A DNA stretch of 64,000 nucleotides from Octopus vulgaris (Eukaryota): NCBI GenBank assembly GCA_951406725.2, contig OX597818.1:47678001-47742000 (forward strand), read 5' to 3'. This document shows positions 13,343 to 25,618 of the stretch, in pieces; position 1 is the first letter of the stretch; each line of letters begins with the position of its first letter. The notes under the pieces are model-generated. The model worked only from the letters and a program-made list of their open reading frames with translations. It ran no database searches and was not told the DNA's origin. A program made the position numbers and the translations under genes.

Positions 13343-15167
13343 TATATCTGCTGTCACTGTATCATAAACTTTGCAAAAGAGAAAAGCAGGTGGCAAAAGA
13401 AAATTAGCGAGAAGCTTGCTTTGAGATTCATTGTTATTCAGCAAACCTATTATTTTCAGATCTGCATGGTTTATATCATTCCTAGTTACACAGTTAACCA
13501 ACATTTGAACATTTTTCTTTCATATAAATTTGTGTGATGGGTTGTTTCACTACTTAAGCCCGTGACCAAGCTGTGTAGGTATGTATATTATGACTGTAGC
13601 ATTTGAGAGGTCATTGTCTCATATAAGGCTACATAAGTAGTTTTATTTGCATTTGAAGAGTAAACTATCACTTCATTTGGGATACTGTGACATTTGTATT
13701 GGTTACATTACCAACATTGAGTTCCTACATTAGAGTGCTGGTGGCATGTAAAAAGCATCAACCGATCATGGCCACTGCCAGCCTCCCCTGGCTCCTGTGC
13801 TGGTGGCATGTAAAAAGCACCCACTACACTCACGGAGTGGTTGGCATTAGGAAGGGCATCCAGCTGTAGAAACACTGCCAGATCAGACTGGAGCCTGGTG
13901 CTGCCTCCTGGCTTCCCAGACCCCGGTTGAACCATCCAACCCATGCTAGCATGGAAAGCGGATGTTAAACAATGATGATGATGATGATTATTTCATTTCT
14001 GAAGATCTCTGCCATTTCAACTTAGCCATATCACTCTTTGACTAGAGTTCCAAGCTTTAAAGCTTCATTTTAATTTTTCTCTCAAAGATAACCGTAAAAT
14101 GTACTCTTTACAATGTTTGAAAAGTTCTATAGAAGTAGTTGAAAGTCTGTTATCTATGCAATGCAATTAACAGTGGTGGAGGCTACTCTGAAATCATACT
14201 AGTCAAAATAAGAATAGGGTGGTAAAAATTCAGGGAGCTATTTCCTCTACTGACACCAGGGGATTCTCTGTTTGTGCAAAGGGTAGATTGTACAATGATT
14301 GTGTATGAAGTGTGATAATGCATGGTAGTGAGACGTAGATACTGAATGTTGAGGATATACAAAAGCAGGAAAGAAATGAAGCTAGCGTTCTCCTCCATTG
14401 GATGTGTAATGAAAGTGTGCATGGACAATGGACTGAGCAAAAAACAAGGTATGAGATGAATTGGATGTTTTGCAAGAGAGTCAATACATGGGGATGTTGG
14501 TAATTGGGTAAAGAAGTACCAGGAGATCCATGTGGAAAGAAACAGTGCAAGAGGAAGATGAAGGGAGATTTGGGCAGAAGTGGTTGAAGTTGATCTCAGG
14601 ATGTTGAAATCACGAAAGAAATGACATTGGAATGGAACAAATGGTAGGACATGAAATGGGAGAAGACCTGTACAGTGTATTCAACTGTGGAAAATGTGAA
14701 TGTAAAAATGATGTTGAATTAGCATTATTTTGACAAATAACTAGAAATGTTGGAAAATATTATAAGCTTACTATGGGCAAGGGTTGTGCTTGTTCAAAAG
14801 TCATGGTCATCTGTAGCTAAAAAATATTTGAAAGAATTTTGTTTATATATTAGGTAACATAAGTAAAATTCAACTTCTGTAGAATGAGGCTACTAAGGTT
14901 TGACTAAAATAGAGGTTGGAAGAAAATGGATGTTGTAAACTATTTCAGCCTTAAGTTGAGTCAGAAGAAATTTCAGTCTCAACTGATTTAGCATGATGTA
15001 ACCCTTCACTTGAAATGCTAATATAATATGAATATAACTTTAGGTAATACTAGTTTAACTTAATAGACTACTAGTATAACTTATTGACACCAGCAACAAA
15101 ATACGTTTCAATGAATATTAAAAAAGAAAAACAACCACCAACAAAATCCCAAAATAATATACATACA

Positions 15168-15567
15168 GGCGCAGGAGTGGCTGTGTGGTAAGTAGCTTGT
15201 TTACCAACCACATGGTTCCAGGTTCAGTCCCACTGCGTGGCACCTTGGGCAAGTGTCTTCTACTATAGTCTCGGGCCGACCAAAGCCTTGTGAGTGGATT
15301 TGGTAGACGGAAACTGAAAGAAGCCCGTCGTATATATGTGTATATATATATATGCGTGTGTGTGTTTGTGCGTCTGTGTTTGTCCCCCTAGCATTGCTTG
15401 ACAACCGATGCTGGTGTGTTTATGTCCCCGTTACTTAGCGGTTCGGCAAAAGAGACCGATAGAATAAGTACTGGGCTTACAAAAGAATAAGTTTCGGGGT
15501 CGAGTTGCTTGATTAAAGGCGGTGCTCCAGCATGGCCGCAGTCAAATGACTGAAACAAGTAAGAGAG
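15168..15567 (+). mobile_element. SINE family A (subfamily with cctagcattgc / actgggcttac diagnostics)
   Basis: Full-length copy about 0.8 kb upstream of ZnF exon A. Confidence 0.88.
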
Positions 15568-16341
15568 ATTTTGCCGTTTATATATACATACATATGTACT
15601 ATTGGATACAATATTAATTTAGGTTAGGCAGTGAGCTGGCAAAATGCTTAGTGGCATTTTGTCTGTCTGCACATTCTGAATTCAAATTCTATCCAAATTG
15701 ACTTTGTCTTTTATCCTATGGAGTAGGACTTTGCTTTTAGAACTGTTACCTCTACTGGCAACTTCATAGCTTTTAGAAGTAATAGTACCCTGAATATAAG
15801 TAATCTGTCCTTCCCTAGTTTTGAGTGAAGGGGAGATTCTATGATGTTTTTGTACAAAGTATGATATTGCATGGCAGCAGACTTGGTTAATGAGAATTAG
15901 CAATTAACAATTCACTGGAGAATGTGCAGAGTCTTGAAAGAAATGAAGTAAGCTTGTTTTGCTTATTGTGTAATATTACTTCATGATTAATGGAGCACAA
16001 ATGAGCCAAATTTGGTATAAGTGGAATTAGCTGTAGCAATAGAAGACAGAAGACTGCTGGTGTGGACACACAATTTCATTTGGAGTGATGACATGTATGT
16101 AAAGAAGTGGCAAATGGTCCAAGGGGAAGGAACTGAGGAAGACTTTGGAATACATGGGAAGAATTGATGAATGCTGATCTCAAAATGCTGATGATCACAG
16201 AGATGACATTGTAACATTTGGAAAGACACTATTGGAAAAGACTCACCTAACCCATACAAACATGAAAAAATAGCTGTAAAAAGTACGAGAATAGATCCAC
16301 TACTAATTTGTATTTATTTTTTTCTGATATCTTTTATTTAG

Positions 16342-17107
16342 ATATTTTCTTTCTTTTATACTAGATTTATTGTTTTCTAAACCTTTCACGCAGTCTCTAG
16401 TTTCAAAGCCTAATACATGGCTAAATTCTTTCATTGACAGTGATCTGGTCCATGACAAGCAGTCTAGTCCACTGTTGGATCAAAAGGGTGAAGATGGTCA
16501 GAGTATTGCTGATTATTCTTACAAAATATCCTCATCCCCTGAAATGTCAAGGCAAGTACATATAAATACATTAGATGGAAGTGACTGTAACACTGAAGAA
16601 GTACTTTCATTGGAGCTTAGTGGCTGTGATCTTTTACCATCTCAGATACAACCAAATTTGCCATCCTCTGTCAATTTACTTGAGTGTCCGACATGTAAAA
16701 AGACATTTTCAACTAAGGGGAACTTGAAGACCCACCAGAGGAAGCATGAAGGAACACTTTTCAAATGTCCCCGATGTCCACGAAAATTCTTCAGCCAAAG
16801 TCTTCTGAATGAACATCTTAAAATTCACGATGGGAAAGTCTACAACTGCGATCACTGTGGGAAAGAGTTTTTCACCAGATGGGGTGTAAGATTGCATCAG
16901 ATGTCTCATGAAGGCCACTACAAAATGACTTGTAAGATATGTGGGCGTGGTTTCAATTCCCGAAGTACTTTCGAAGCTCACCAGAATATGCATGAAGACA
17001 ACCGACCTTATAGGTGTGAACGTTGCAGGAAATGTTTTTATAACAACCGTTATCTTAAAAAACATTTAAAGATTTGCAACATTCCCTTAAAAAAATTACA
17101 AATGTAA
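16342..17107 (+). CDS. Terminal coding exon A: five tandem C2H2 zinc fingers (last one C2HC)
   Basis: Fingers: CPTC..HQRKH, CPRC..HLKIH, CDHC..HQMSH, CKIC..HQNMH, CERC..HLKIC. Pyrimidine tract plus tttag at 16340-41 gives a phase-2 acceptor with an open frame. A second AG at 16363-64 would be phase 1. Stop TAA at 17105-07. Confidence 0.88.
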
Positions 17108-17187
17108 TTTATCATCGAGAAAATTCAAACGAAAATTTTACTCTTGAAGAACATTTGGAGAGTCACAACAACCTAGACAAGTATCTT

Positions 17188-17268
17188 CAGCTAGCAGGCC
17201 TTGCTACTCTTGACTGATGAGGAGCAAAGACTCAGAAACATGCATGTCTCTAGATGCAGGCCTAGCTG
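17188..17268 (+). ncRNA. Type I hammerhead-ribozyme-like motif (Penelope-type, palindromic stem III)
   Basis: CTGATGA (17214-20), gGAG-caaaga-CTCa, GAAA (17235-38), CATGCATG, then TC, giving a GTC triplet at 17246-48. Extended stem I: cagctag..aggcc.tgc..tcttga pairs with tctaga.gcaggcctagctg. The 10.1-11.1 pair is G-A (non-canonical). Confidence 0.65.
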
Positions 17269-17570
17269 GTGGGGGCTGCTTGTCTCCCCTTCGTAAATAT
17301 AAAGCACTGACTGCCTTCTCACATTTTATTTTTTCTATCGTTTTCCAGAGTTCCATCTAATTTCTTTCATATTCTCAAAAGACTTAATATCATCAGAAAA
17401 CTAGAGCTAACTCTTAGCTCCCCTGTTCTGTTTGCATCTCAACATCCACACAACATCCCCATCTTAAGGGGTCACACTCGATAACAAGTACAATCTCTCC
17501 TCTCCTATACTCTCATTAGCTCTCCTTTCTGTTCTTGTGTATTCCAAAAGCACTAATTTAACTTATAAAA

Positions 17571-17576
17571 AATAAA
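17571..17576 (+). promoter_or_regulatory. Candidate poly(A) signal for ZnF exon A
   Basis: AATAAA about 465 nt after the stop, followed by GT-rich sequence (gtgtgccttgtgt). Confidence 0.5.
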
Positions 17577-17618
17577 TTAGTGTGCCTTGTGTATAATTGG
17601 TTATCAAATGTGGAGTTA

Positions 17619-18007
17619 CTCTCTTACTTGTTTCAGTCATTTGACTGCGGCCATGCTGGAGCACCGCCTTTAATCGAGTGACTCGATCCCGGGACTTATT
17701 CTTTTTGTAAGCCCAGTACTTATTCTATCGGTCTCTTTTGCCGAACCGCTAAGTAATGGGGACATAAACACACCAGCATCAGTTGTCAAGCAATGCTAGG
17801 GGGACAAACACAGACACACAAAACACACACGCATATATATATATATATACATATATATACGACGGGCTTCTTTCAGTTTCCATCTACCAAATCCACTCAC
17901 AAGGCTTTGGTCGGCCCGAGGCTATAGTAGAATACATTTGCCCAAGTGGGACTGAACCCGGAACCATGTAGTTGGTAAGCAAGCTACTTATCACACAGCC
18001 ACTCCTG
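17619..18007 (-). mobile_element. SINE family A (same subfamily as 15168-15567)
   Basis: Reverse copy just downstream of the exon A poly(A) signal. Confidence 0.88.
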
Positions 18008-18724
18008 ATGATTTTATTTATTAAACATTCCGTTACTGTATTTATTTTGAGATGTTCTGTGTTTCTTTTAGTTACTTTAATTGTAACAAAGAATTTAGTA
18101 AGATAACAGTTATCATTCAACTAGTGTTAGGAACATAAATTGTGACTAAGGTTTGGTGGTCATTTGTACTCAGAGCCAGAGCCAGTTTCAGCCAGGTTGG
18201 TAACAAAAAGGTTTATTTTATTATAATTCTTTTTAATATGTTTATGAGGATACTTAGTATAATCGGTTTTAATCATGGGTATTTATTGATTGCAGTGTAT
18301 TATTATATTAGTATAGAATAGTTTAGGTGAAGCATTGTGTAATTATTAAATTAGATTAAAACTTGTTAAAAGGCTAAAACAATAGAAAATAAATGAAATA
18401 TAGAAGTGTATTTCTTTGATATTTTGGGGTTAGAACCTCTTCATCAGGACATGGGGAGACTTGGGAGATGGTATAAAACTATTATCTTTGTTCAGAACCA
18501 CACAAGGCAGACTGGTTACAATAACACCACCAGTCTATGCATGCCACTCACTTCTCACATACCTAAGCAAAGATAATAGCTCTATACCTTTTCCATTTCT
18601 AACCAAAAAATTATGAAATACAAGGAAAAACATTAGCTGTTTTGTTTCCACACTTCTGTATTTCATTGTTTCAGCCTTTAAACAAGTTTTAATCTAATTT
18701 AATTATGTTAATTATTTATGTATA

Positions 18725-18885
18725 GGCATAGGAGTGGCTGTGTGGTAAGTAGCTTGCTTACAAACCACATGGTTCCAGGTTCAGTCCCACTGCATGGCAC
18801 CTTGGGCAAGTATCTTCTACTATAGCCTTGGGCCGACCAAAGCCTTGTGAGTGGATTTGGTAGACGGAAACTGAAAGAAGTCATA

Positions 18886-18924
<39 letters not shown>

Positions 18925-19152
18925 ATGTGTGTGTTTATGTTTGTGTGTGTGTATGTTTGTCCCCTCCAACATCGCTTGACAACCGATGCTGGTGTGTTTA
19001 CGTCCCTGTAACTTAGCGGTTCAGCAAAAGAGACCGATAGAATAAGTACTAGGCTTGCAAAGAATAAGTCCTGGGTTGATTTGCTTGACTAAAGGCGGTG
19101 CTCCAGCATAGCTGCAGTCAAATGACTGAAACAAGTAAAAGAGTAAAAGAGT
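18725..19152 (+). mobile_element. SINE family A; further copies at about 20712-21383(+), 26651-27117(-), 47556-48145(-), 49861-50262(-), 57949-58617(-), 58757-59330(-), 61963-62375(+)
   Basis: Homology to the other family A copies. Confidence 0.85.
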
Positions 19153-19399
19153 GTGTTAATTTTTTTTTTTACTTATCACGAAATCAAATTGTGTAAGGAA
19201 AGGAGTTTCATTGGTTCTTAGTATTTGTTTTACTGAATGTAGATTGGGCCCATGGAGTGTCAAGGTTAACACTTGTTAAATCAGAATATAGATAAAACTA
19301 AATTCTATGCAGCACTTAGTTCAATATTCAACCATTTCAGTCAACATCTTATCCTTGCCACTATCATAAATATGCTGTTTATTGATATTTTAAATCTTA

Positions 19400-19771
19400 C
19401 TAGAACTATGACCTGGAAACGCTGGGTCATAGTGCTAATGTTTGCATATACAGCTGCGTGCGTGCGCACATACACGCAAGTACTGTCCAAATCTCCGACC
19501 AGTCACGTACAGCTAGCTGGCATTCAGTTGGCGTATCAAATTTCGGGCATTTTGAATGGGTTTTGGATTGAAAATTCACTAAAAAGTCACTTCTATTGAT
19601 TTTTTAATGGCTTTGTGGGGTGACTGGGGAAATGTAATGATGTGCACGACCACCCTTGGACGGTTTTGAATGACCATAGAAAGTGCGAGCCCCCTAACTG
19701 AAAAATTGTGGATTTGTATAAAGGGCACGCACACAGACAGACAGACATTTTGCTGTTTATATATATAGAGA
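19400..19771 (-). mobile_element. Non-autonomous Helitron (family E, copy 2)
   Basis: Homologous to 383-788 with the same termini. Confidence 0.8.
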
Positions 19772-22387
19772 TATATCAATTTGTGGTCTGTGTGTGTGTG
19801 TGTGCATGCGTGCGTGTTAAATCATATTGAACATGCTCGAGTGCACTTGGATGTGAAAAGACCTGCTGAAGAGGTAGCCCTGGGAGAAAATTCTCTTCTT
19901 AGACATCATCATCATCGTTTAACGTCCGTTTTCCGCGCTAGCACGGGTTGGACGGTTCGACCGGGGTCTGGGAAGCCAGGGGCTGCACCAGGCTCCAGTC
20001 TGATCTGGCCGAGTTTCTATGGCTGGATGCCCTTCCTAACGCCAACCACTCCGCGAGTGTAGTGGGTGCTTTTTACGTGCTACCTGCACAGGTGCCAGGG
20101 GGGGTCCGGCATCGGCCACGATCGGTTGGAGCTTTTAACGTGCCAGCGGCACGGAAGCCAGCCAAGGCAGCGCTGGCAACGTTCGGATGGTGCTTTCTAT
20201 GTGCCACTGGCACAGAAGCCAGTTGGAGCGGCGCTGGCATCGGCCACGTTCGGATGGTGCTTTTTATATGCCACCGGCACAGAAGCCAGTCGGAGTGGCG
20301 CTGGCATCGGCCCCGTTCAGATGGTGCTTTTTATGTGCCACCGGCACAGAAGCCAGTCAGGGCGGCGCTGGCATCGGCCACGTGTGTATCATTTTATATC
20401 TATAGCTATTGATCGATCTATCCATCCATCTATTCACACACACATACACACAGCTATCTCTCTGTATATTTATGCTTTCATTTTTATTTTTTAAATTTAA
20501 TCTAATAAAATAGGAGCTGATCCCTAAATAAGACACAAAGCTCTATTGAAATTATTTTGGTTATTTTGTTCTTGTTCTCCACCTGGTTTCATGGAACACT
20601 TGTTATTTGTCTTGACTAATTGAAAGTAACTTGGTTGTCACATTACTAACAATCTCCTTTGAATCTGCATGAAGTATTTTCCTGTGATAATTTTGGTTTA
20701 TATATAATGTAGGCGCAGGAGTGGCTATATATATATATATTACTCCTGCGCCTATATATATATATATATATATGGCTGTGTGGTAAGTAGCTTGTTTACC
20801 AACCACATGGTTCCGGGCGCACTGCGTGGCACCTTGGGCAAGTGTCTTCTACTATAGCCTCGGGCCGACCAAAGCCTTGTGAGTCGATTTGGTAGACGGA
20901 AACTGAAAGAAGCCCGTCATATATATGTATATATATATATCATCATCATCATCATCGTTTAACGTCCGCATATAATATTAATTCGAGACAAAACCACTAT
21001 TTTGCAAAACAAACAAGGAAAGACTTAATCAATACATAAAAATTTTTAATAGAAAGAAATAAACCCGAATTAATATTATATAATATTTTACTATAAAATT
21101 GGATTTAATCCTAAATCTGATTTTTTCCCTGTAAATTTGGATTTATTCCCTAATATTTATTATATATATATATATATATATGCGTGTGTGTGTTTGTCCT
21201 AGCATTGCTTGACAACCGATGCTAGTGTGTTTATGTCCCCGTTACTTAGTGGTTCGGCAAAAGAGACTGATAGAATTAAGTACTGGGCTTACAAAAGAAT
21301 AAGTCCCGGGGTCGAGTTGCTCGATTAAAGGCGGTGCTCCAGCATGGCCGCAGTCAAATGACTGAAACAAGTAAAAGAGTAAAAACAAAAAAGAGAATGT
21401 CCTCCTATTAAACTCTCATCACTTCTCTCAACCCTTATAACCGTACTTAAATTTAGTTTGGCCTTTTGACAATTCAGTGAAAATGCAGAGAACCTCAAAA
21501 GTCTTAGTGACAAAGTTCAGAGAGTTACTACCTCTGTTAGTAATGAAGGGCCTCTCCCTCAGAGTGAAAGGCAGATTGTACAATGCCTGTGTATGAACAG
21601 CTATGCTACATGGCAGTGAGACATGTGCTGTAACCACTGAGGGTATGCAAGGACTTGAAAGAAATGAAGCCAGTATGCTTCGGTGGATGTGCAATGTCAG
21701 TGTGCATATATAACGGTGTAAGTGATTTGAGAGAAGAACTGGATATATGAGGCATCTGATGTAGTGTGCAAGAGAGAAGACTGCACTGGTATGGTTATGT
21801 GATGTATTTGGATGAAGACAGTTGCATGAAGAGGTGCCGGTCTCTAATTGTAGAGGGAACATGTGGAAGTGGTAGACTCAGGAAGATGTAGGATAAAGGA
21901 TCTATAGATGTTGGGACTCACAGAGGGGATGGTAGGGGACTGAGACTCCTGGTTGTTTGCTGTGCTTGAAAAGGTGCCTCAAGCTAAGTAAAAGCAGGGT
22001 TGTTTTTGCATATAGGCTGGCCCCCTGCAATCCTCTTCAGCTGAGCATCCCTAATCTTGTGAGTTCATAGGGGCTGGTGCTACATAAAAAGCACATGTAC
22101 TGGTGCCACATAAACGTACAAATGCCGGTGTTGCGTGAAAGCACCTGGTACATACTATAAAGTGGTTGGCATTAGGAAGGGCATCCGATCATAGAAACCA
22201 TGCCAAAACAGATGACTGGAGCCTGAACAGCTCTTCAGCAGGTCAGCTCCTGTGAAACCTGTGCCAGTATGTAAAATGGATGTTAAATGATAATTATGAT
22301 GATGATGATGAATAAAAAGGAGCAGGCATGGGTGTGTGGTTAAGAAGCTTACTTGGCAACCACGTGGTTTTGGGTTCAGTCATATTG

Positions 22388-22616
22388 CACCTTAGGCCAG
22401 AGTCTTTCTTGTCTTGGGCCACCTTGGACCAGAGTCTTTCTTGTCTAGGGACACCTTGGACCACAGTCTTTCTTGTCTAGGGACACCTTGGACCAGAGTC
22501 TTTCTTGTCTAGGGACACCTTGGACCAGAGTCTTTCTTGTCTTGGGACACTTTGGACCAGAGTCTTTCTTGTCTTGGGACACTTTGGGCCAGAGTCTTTC
22601 TTGTCTTGGGACACCG
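22388..22616 (+). repeat. 32-bp minisatellite, ~7 copies
   Basis: Unit gacaccttggaccagagtctttcttgtctagg, directly following a SINE-A head. Confidence 0.9.
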
Positions 22617-25397
22617 TAGGATAGTTAAAAATAAACTATGTTCATTATTTGGAAACATGGATCATGGAGAATTTTACAAGTTGAATTTGCCAAGCCCCAA
22701 GATTATGAAAAAAGGAGGGGAAGAAACTCATAATTTTGAAATCAAGGCAGTTACGGAATATCAGAAGATATCTGAAAGTCTGTTGGTTCACTGGTATTCA
22801 ACACTGAAATTAAGTTGTAAATAAATTGAACCGAAATATATATATATATAAGTTATATACAAACAAAATTTACACATTAAAAGAATTTACCTAAACTATT
22901 TACAAAGGTTGTAATCTAAAAGAATAGATGGCTAGAATCAAAAATAATTTCTGTTATCTGTCATGAATTTGGTGCTAGTAATTGTCCAGTAGCTATGCTT
23001 TCCAAGTCTTTTGACCCTTTAGGATTTTAACCATACTTAGGAAAAATAAGTACTGGAGTCAATTTGTTCAACTAAAACCCTGTAAAGCAGTGCTCCTGTA
23101 TGGTCCCAATCCAATGATTGAAGCCAGTAAACGATAAAAGATGATGAAAATACCAAACTCTAACCATGACCTAAATGAAGTAAACCACACATGCACGCAT
23201 GCATGTATACACACACACACACACATACACACACACACACACACACACCAAATTTACCAAAAGCAGCAGTTCAACCTAGTTAGCAAATTCTAGAGACTAT
23301 TTTGAAATATAGCCATTTCAGAATTAGATTGACTCACATATTATTAAAAAAATCTGGAAGATTTTGTAGAACACAATAGTTTCCTTATAATCAGGCCAAT
23401 TGTGATCCTAAGTTTTACCATTGTTGTTTATAGATTCCAATGTTGAATTAAGTATTTCATTGGAGAAATTATGTTTATACCAGTCAAGTCTTCTTTTATG
23501 GTTTACCGTAAATCCTCGAGGTCAAAATCCCTAGTGTGTACTATATACGAGGTTAAAAATGAAAATTATTTTCTAAGCAATGTCCAAGTCTCTATTTGCT
23601 GTCCGGCAATGTTTATTCAGACGCATTTTGTGATGTCGGGTACGAAGATACCTTAAGCTAATCCTGAAAGCAATGAAGTCATAAAAGAATCATCCATAAC
23701 TTGCAATAAGCAACATTTATTAAACGTTATTACTGTTATTACTGTTATTTCTTTATTTTCTGCAAACAAAATGCACAAAAAAGCTACAAGTTTGCATTAT
23801 GTTATATATACAATAATAATAAAGGATTTTACTGTATACATTTTTACAAACTAAGGATGTTATATAGACCTCCTTGACTCAAGTTAGAGAAGGGGTGCGT
23901 ATTATGCACAAGATTTAGGTTTTTCAGAGGTACAGCCCCCTAAAAATCCCCTGCGTAGTATACTAAAGGGCAGGCTATACTTGAGGATTTATGGTATTTC
24001 CTTTTTTATCCCCCTAGATCTGTGGTTCTCAGCCAGGGTCCACATGACCCTTTGGAATCCATATAAGATTTTGTTGTTAAAATCTATTTGCAATAAATTA
24101 GTTATACTTCTACAACCCACAAAATATTTTAATTTTTGTTTTATATAATTCCTAATAATATTTAATTATAAAAATACAGGAGGATTTTTTTTTATATACA
24201 TGAATGGCTGTGGAAGTCTAGTTTGCATAAAATAAGAATCAAAGGGTTCCATAGGCATAAAATGGTTGAGATGAAGAATAAGATATCTCTGCTGTGACCA
24301 AAGAAAATTTTAAACTCATTTTCACCTCTCGTAGCTAAAAGTTTCCCAGTGCTTCTGTTTCATGAAATTTTTCTGTAAATCTTTCATTAGTCATTATCAA
24401 ACATCCACCTTCTATGCTGGCATAGGTGGGACAGTTTGACAGGTGCCGGCCAGATAGAATCCTGCACCAGATTTCTGAGACTGTTTCAGCAGGATTTTTA
24501 CAGCTGGATGCTCTTCCTAATCCCAATCACCCAGCAGAGTGGACTTAGTATTTTTTACATGGCAGAAGCACAAATGAAAGTGGTGAGCTGGCAGAAATGT
24601 TAGCACGCCGGGTGAAATGCTTAGCGGTATTTCATCTGCCATTACGTTCTGAGTTCAAATTTCGCCTAGGTCGACTTTGCTTTTCATCTTTCGAGGTCTA
24701 TTAAATAAGTACCAGTTACGCACTGGGGTCGATATAATCGACTTAATCCATTTGTCTGTCCTAGTTTGTCCTCTCTGTGTTTAGCTCCTTGTGGGTAGTA
24801 AAGAAATAGGTATTTCGTCTGCCATTTCGTCTGAGTTCAAATTCCACCGAGGTTGACTTTGCCTTTCATCCTTTTGGGGTTGATAAATTAAGTATCAATT
24901 ATGCACTGGGCTCGATATAATCGACTTAATCCCTTTGTTCTTGTTTGTCCCCTCTATGTTTAGCCCCTTGTGGGCAGTAAAGAAATAAGAAGCACAAGTG
25001 AGGTCAGTTTTGGCAAGGTTTTTACGGCTGGATGCCCTTCCAAGCACCAACCACTTTACAGTGTGGACTGGATGCTTTTTAAGTGGCACCTGCACTCACG
25101 GGGTCACCAAGTAACCTACAAGACAAAAATCTTTTGAGAAGGGAGGGGGAATTGAAGGAGGTGCTCTTGTGTCAGATGATGAAAGGTTGTAGTTGATACA
25201 ATAAATTCTGTTTGAGATATTCACTAAGAAAACAGCTGAGAATTACACCAAAATATATCTAGAGGTAATACTCCTGAATACAGGAATACTCACAGGTAAT
25301 ACTCACAGTCATTATTTTTAAGTTGCCACACAAGTTTATGTTGAGTTACTGTAAATCTTTATATCCCAGAATTCTTGGATGTGGCAGGCACTATTAA

Positions 25398-25618
25398 CCC
25401 TTTCATTACCAACCCAGCTGAAACCAGCTCTGGCTCTGTAGTACAAATATCTTGTTTTCATAAGTTTTGAATTAAAATCTTCCACCAAATCTTCTTCACA
25501 ATTTATGTTCCTAACACTAGCTGAATGATAACTGAGTTATTTTACTAAATTCTCTGTTATATTTAAAATGAATGAAAGAAACACAGAGCATCTCAAAATA
25601 AATACGGTAACAAAAGGG
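25398..25618. mobile_element. piggyBac-like MITE; related copies at about 2172-2405, 18025-18213 and 26436-26550
   Basis: TTAA|CCCTTTcaTTACC...GGTAAcaAAAGGG|TTAA. Confidence 0.7.

Noticed and set aside
15201-15404. Recurrent [30 protein letters not shown] as a gene family
   Set aside because: Antisense translation of SINE family A.
16709-17065. Antisense ORFs over the ZnF exons (also 29885-30100)
   Set aside because: Shadow frames with no recognisable motif.
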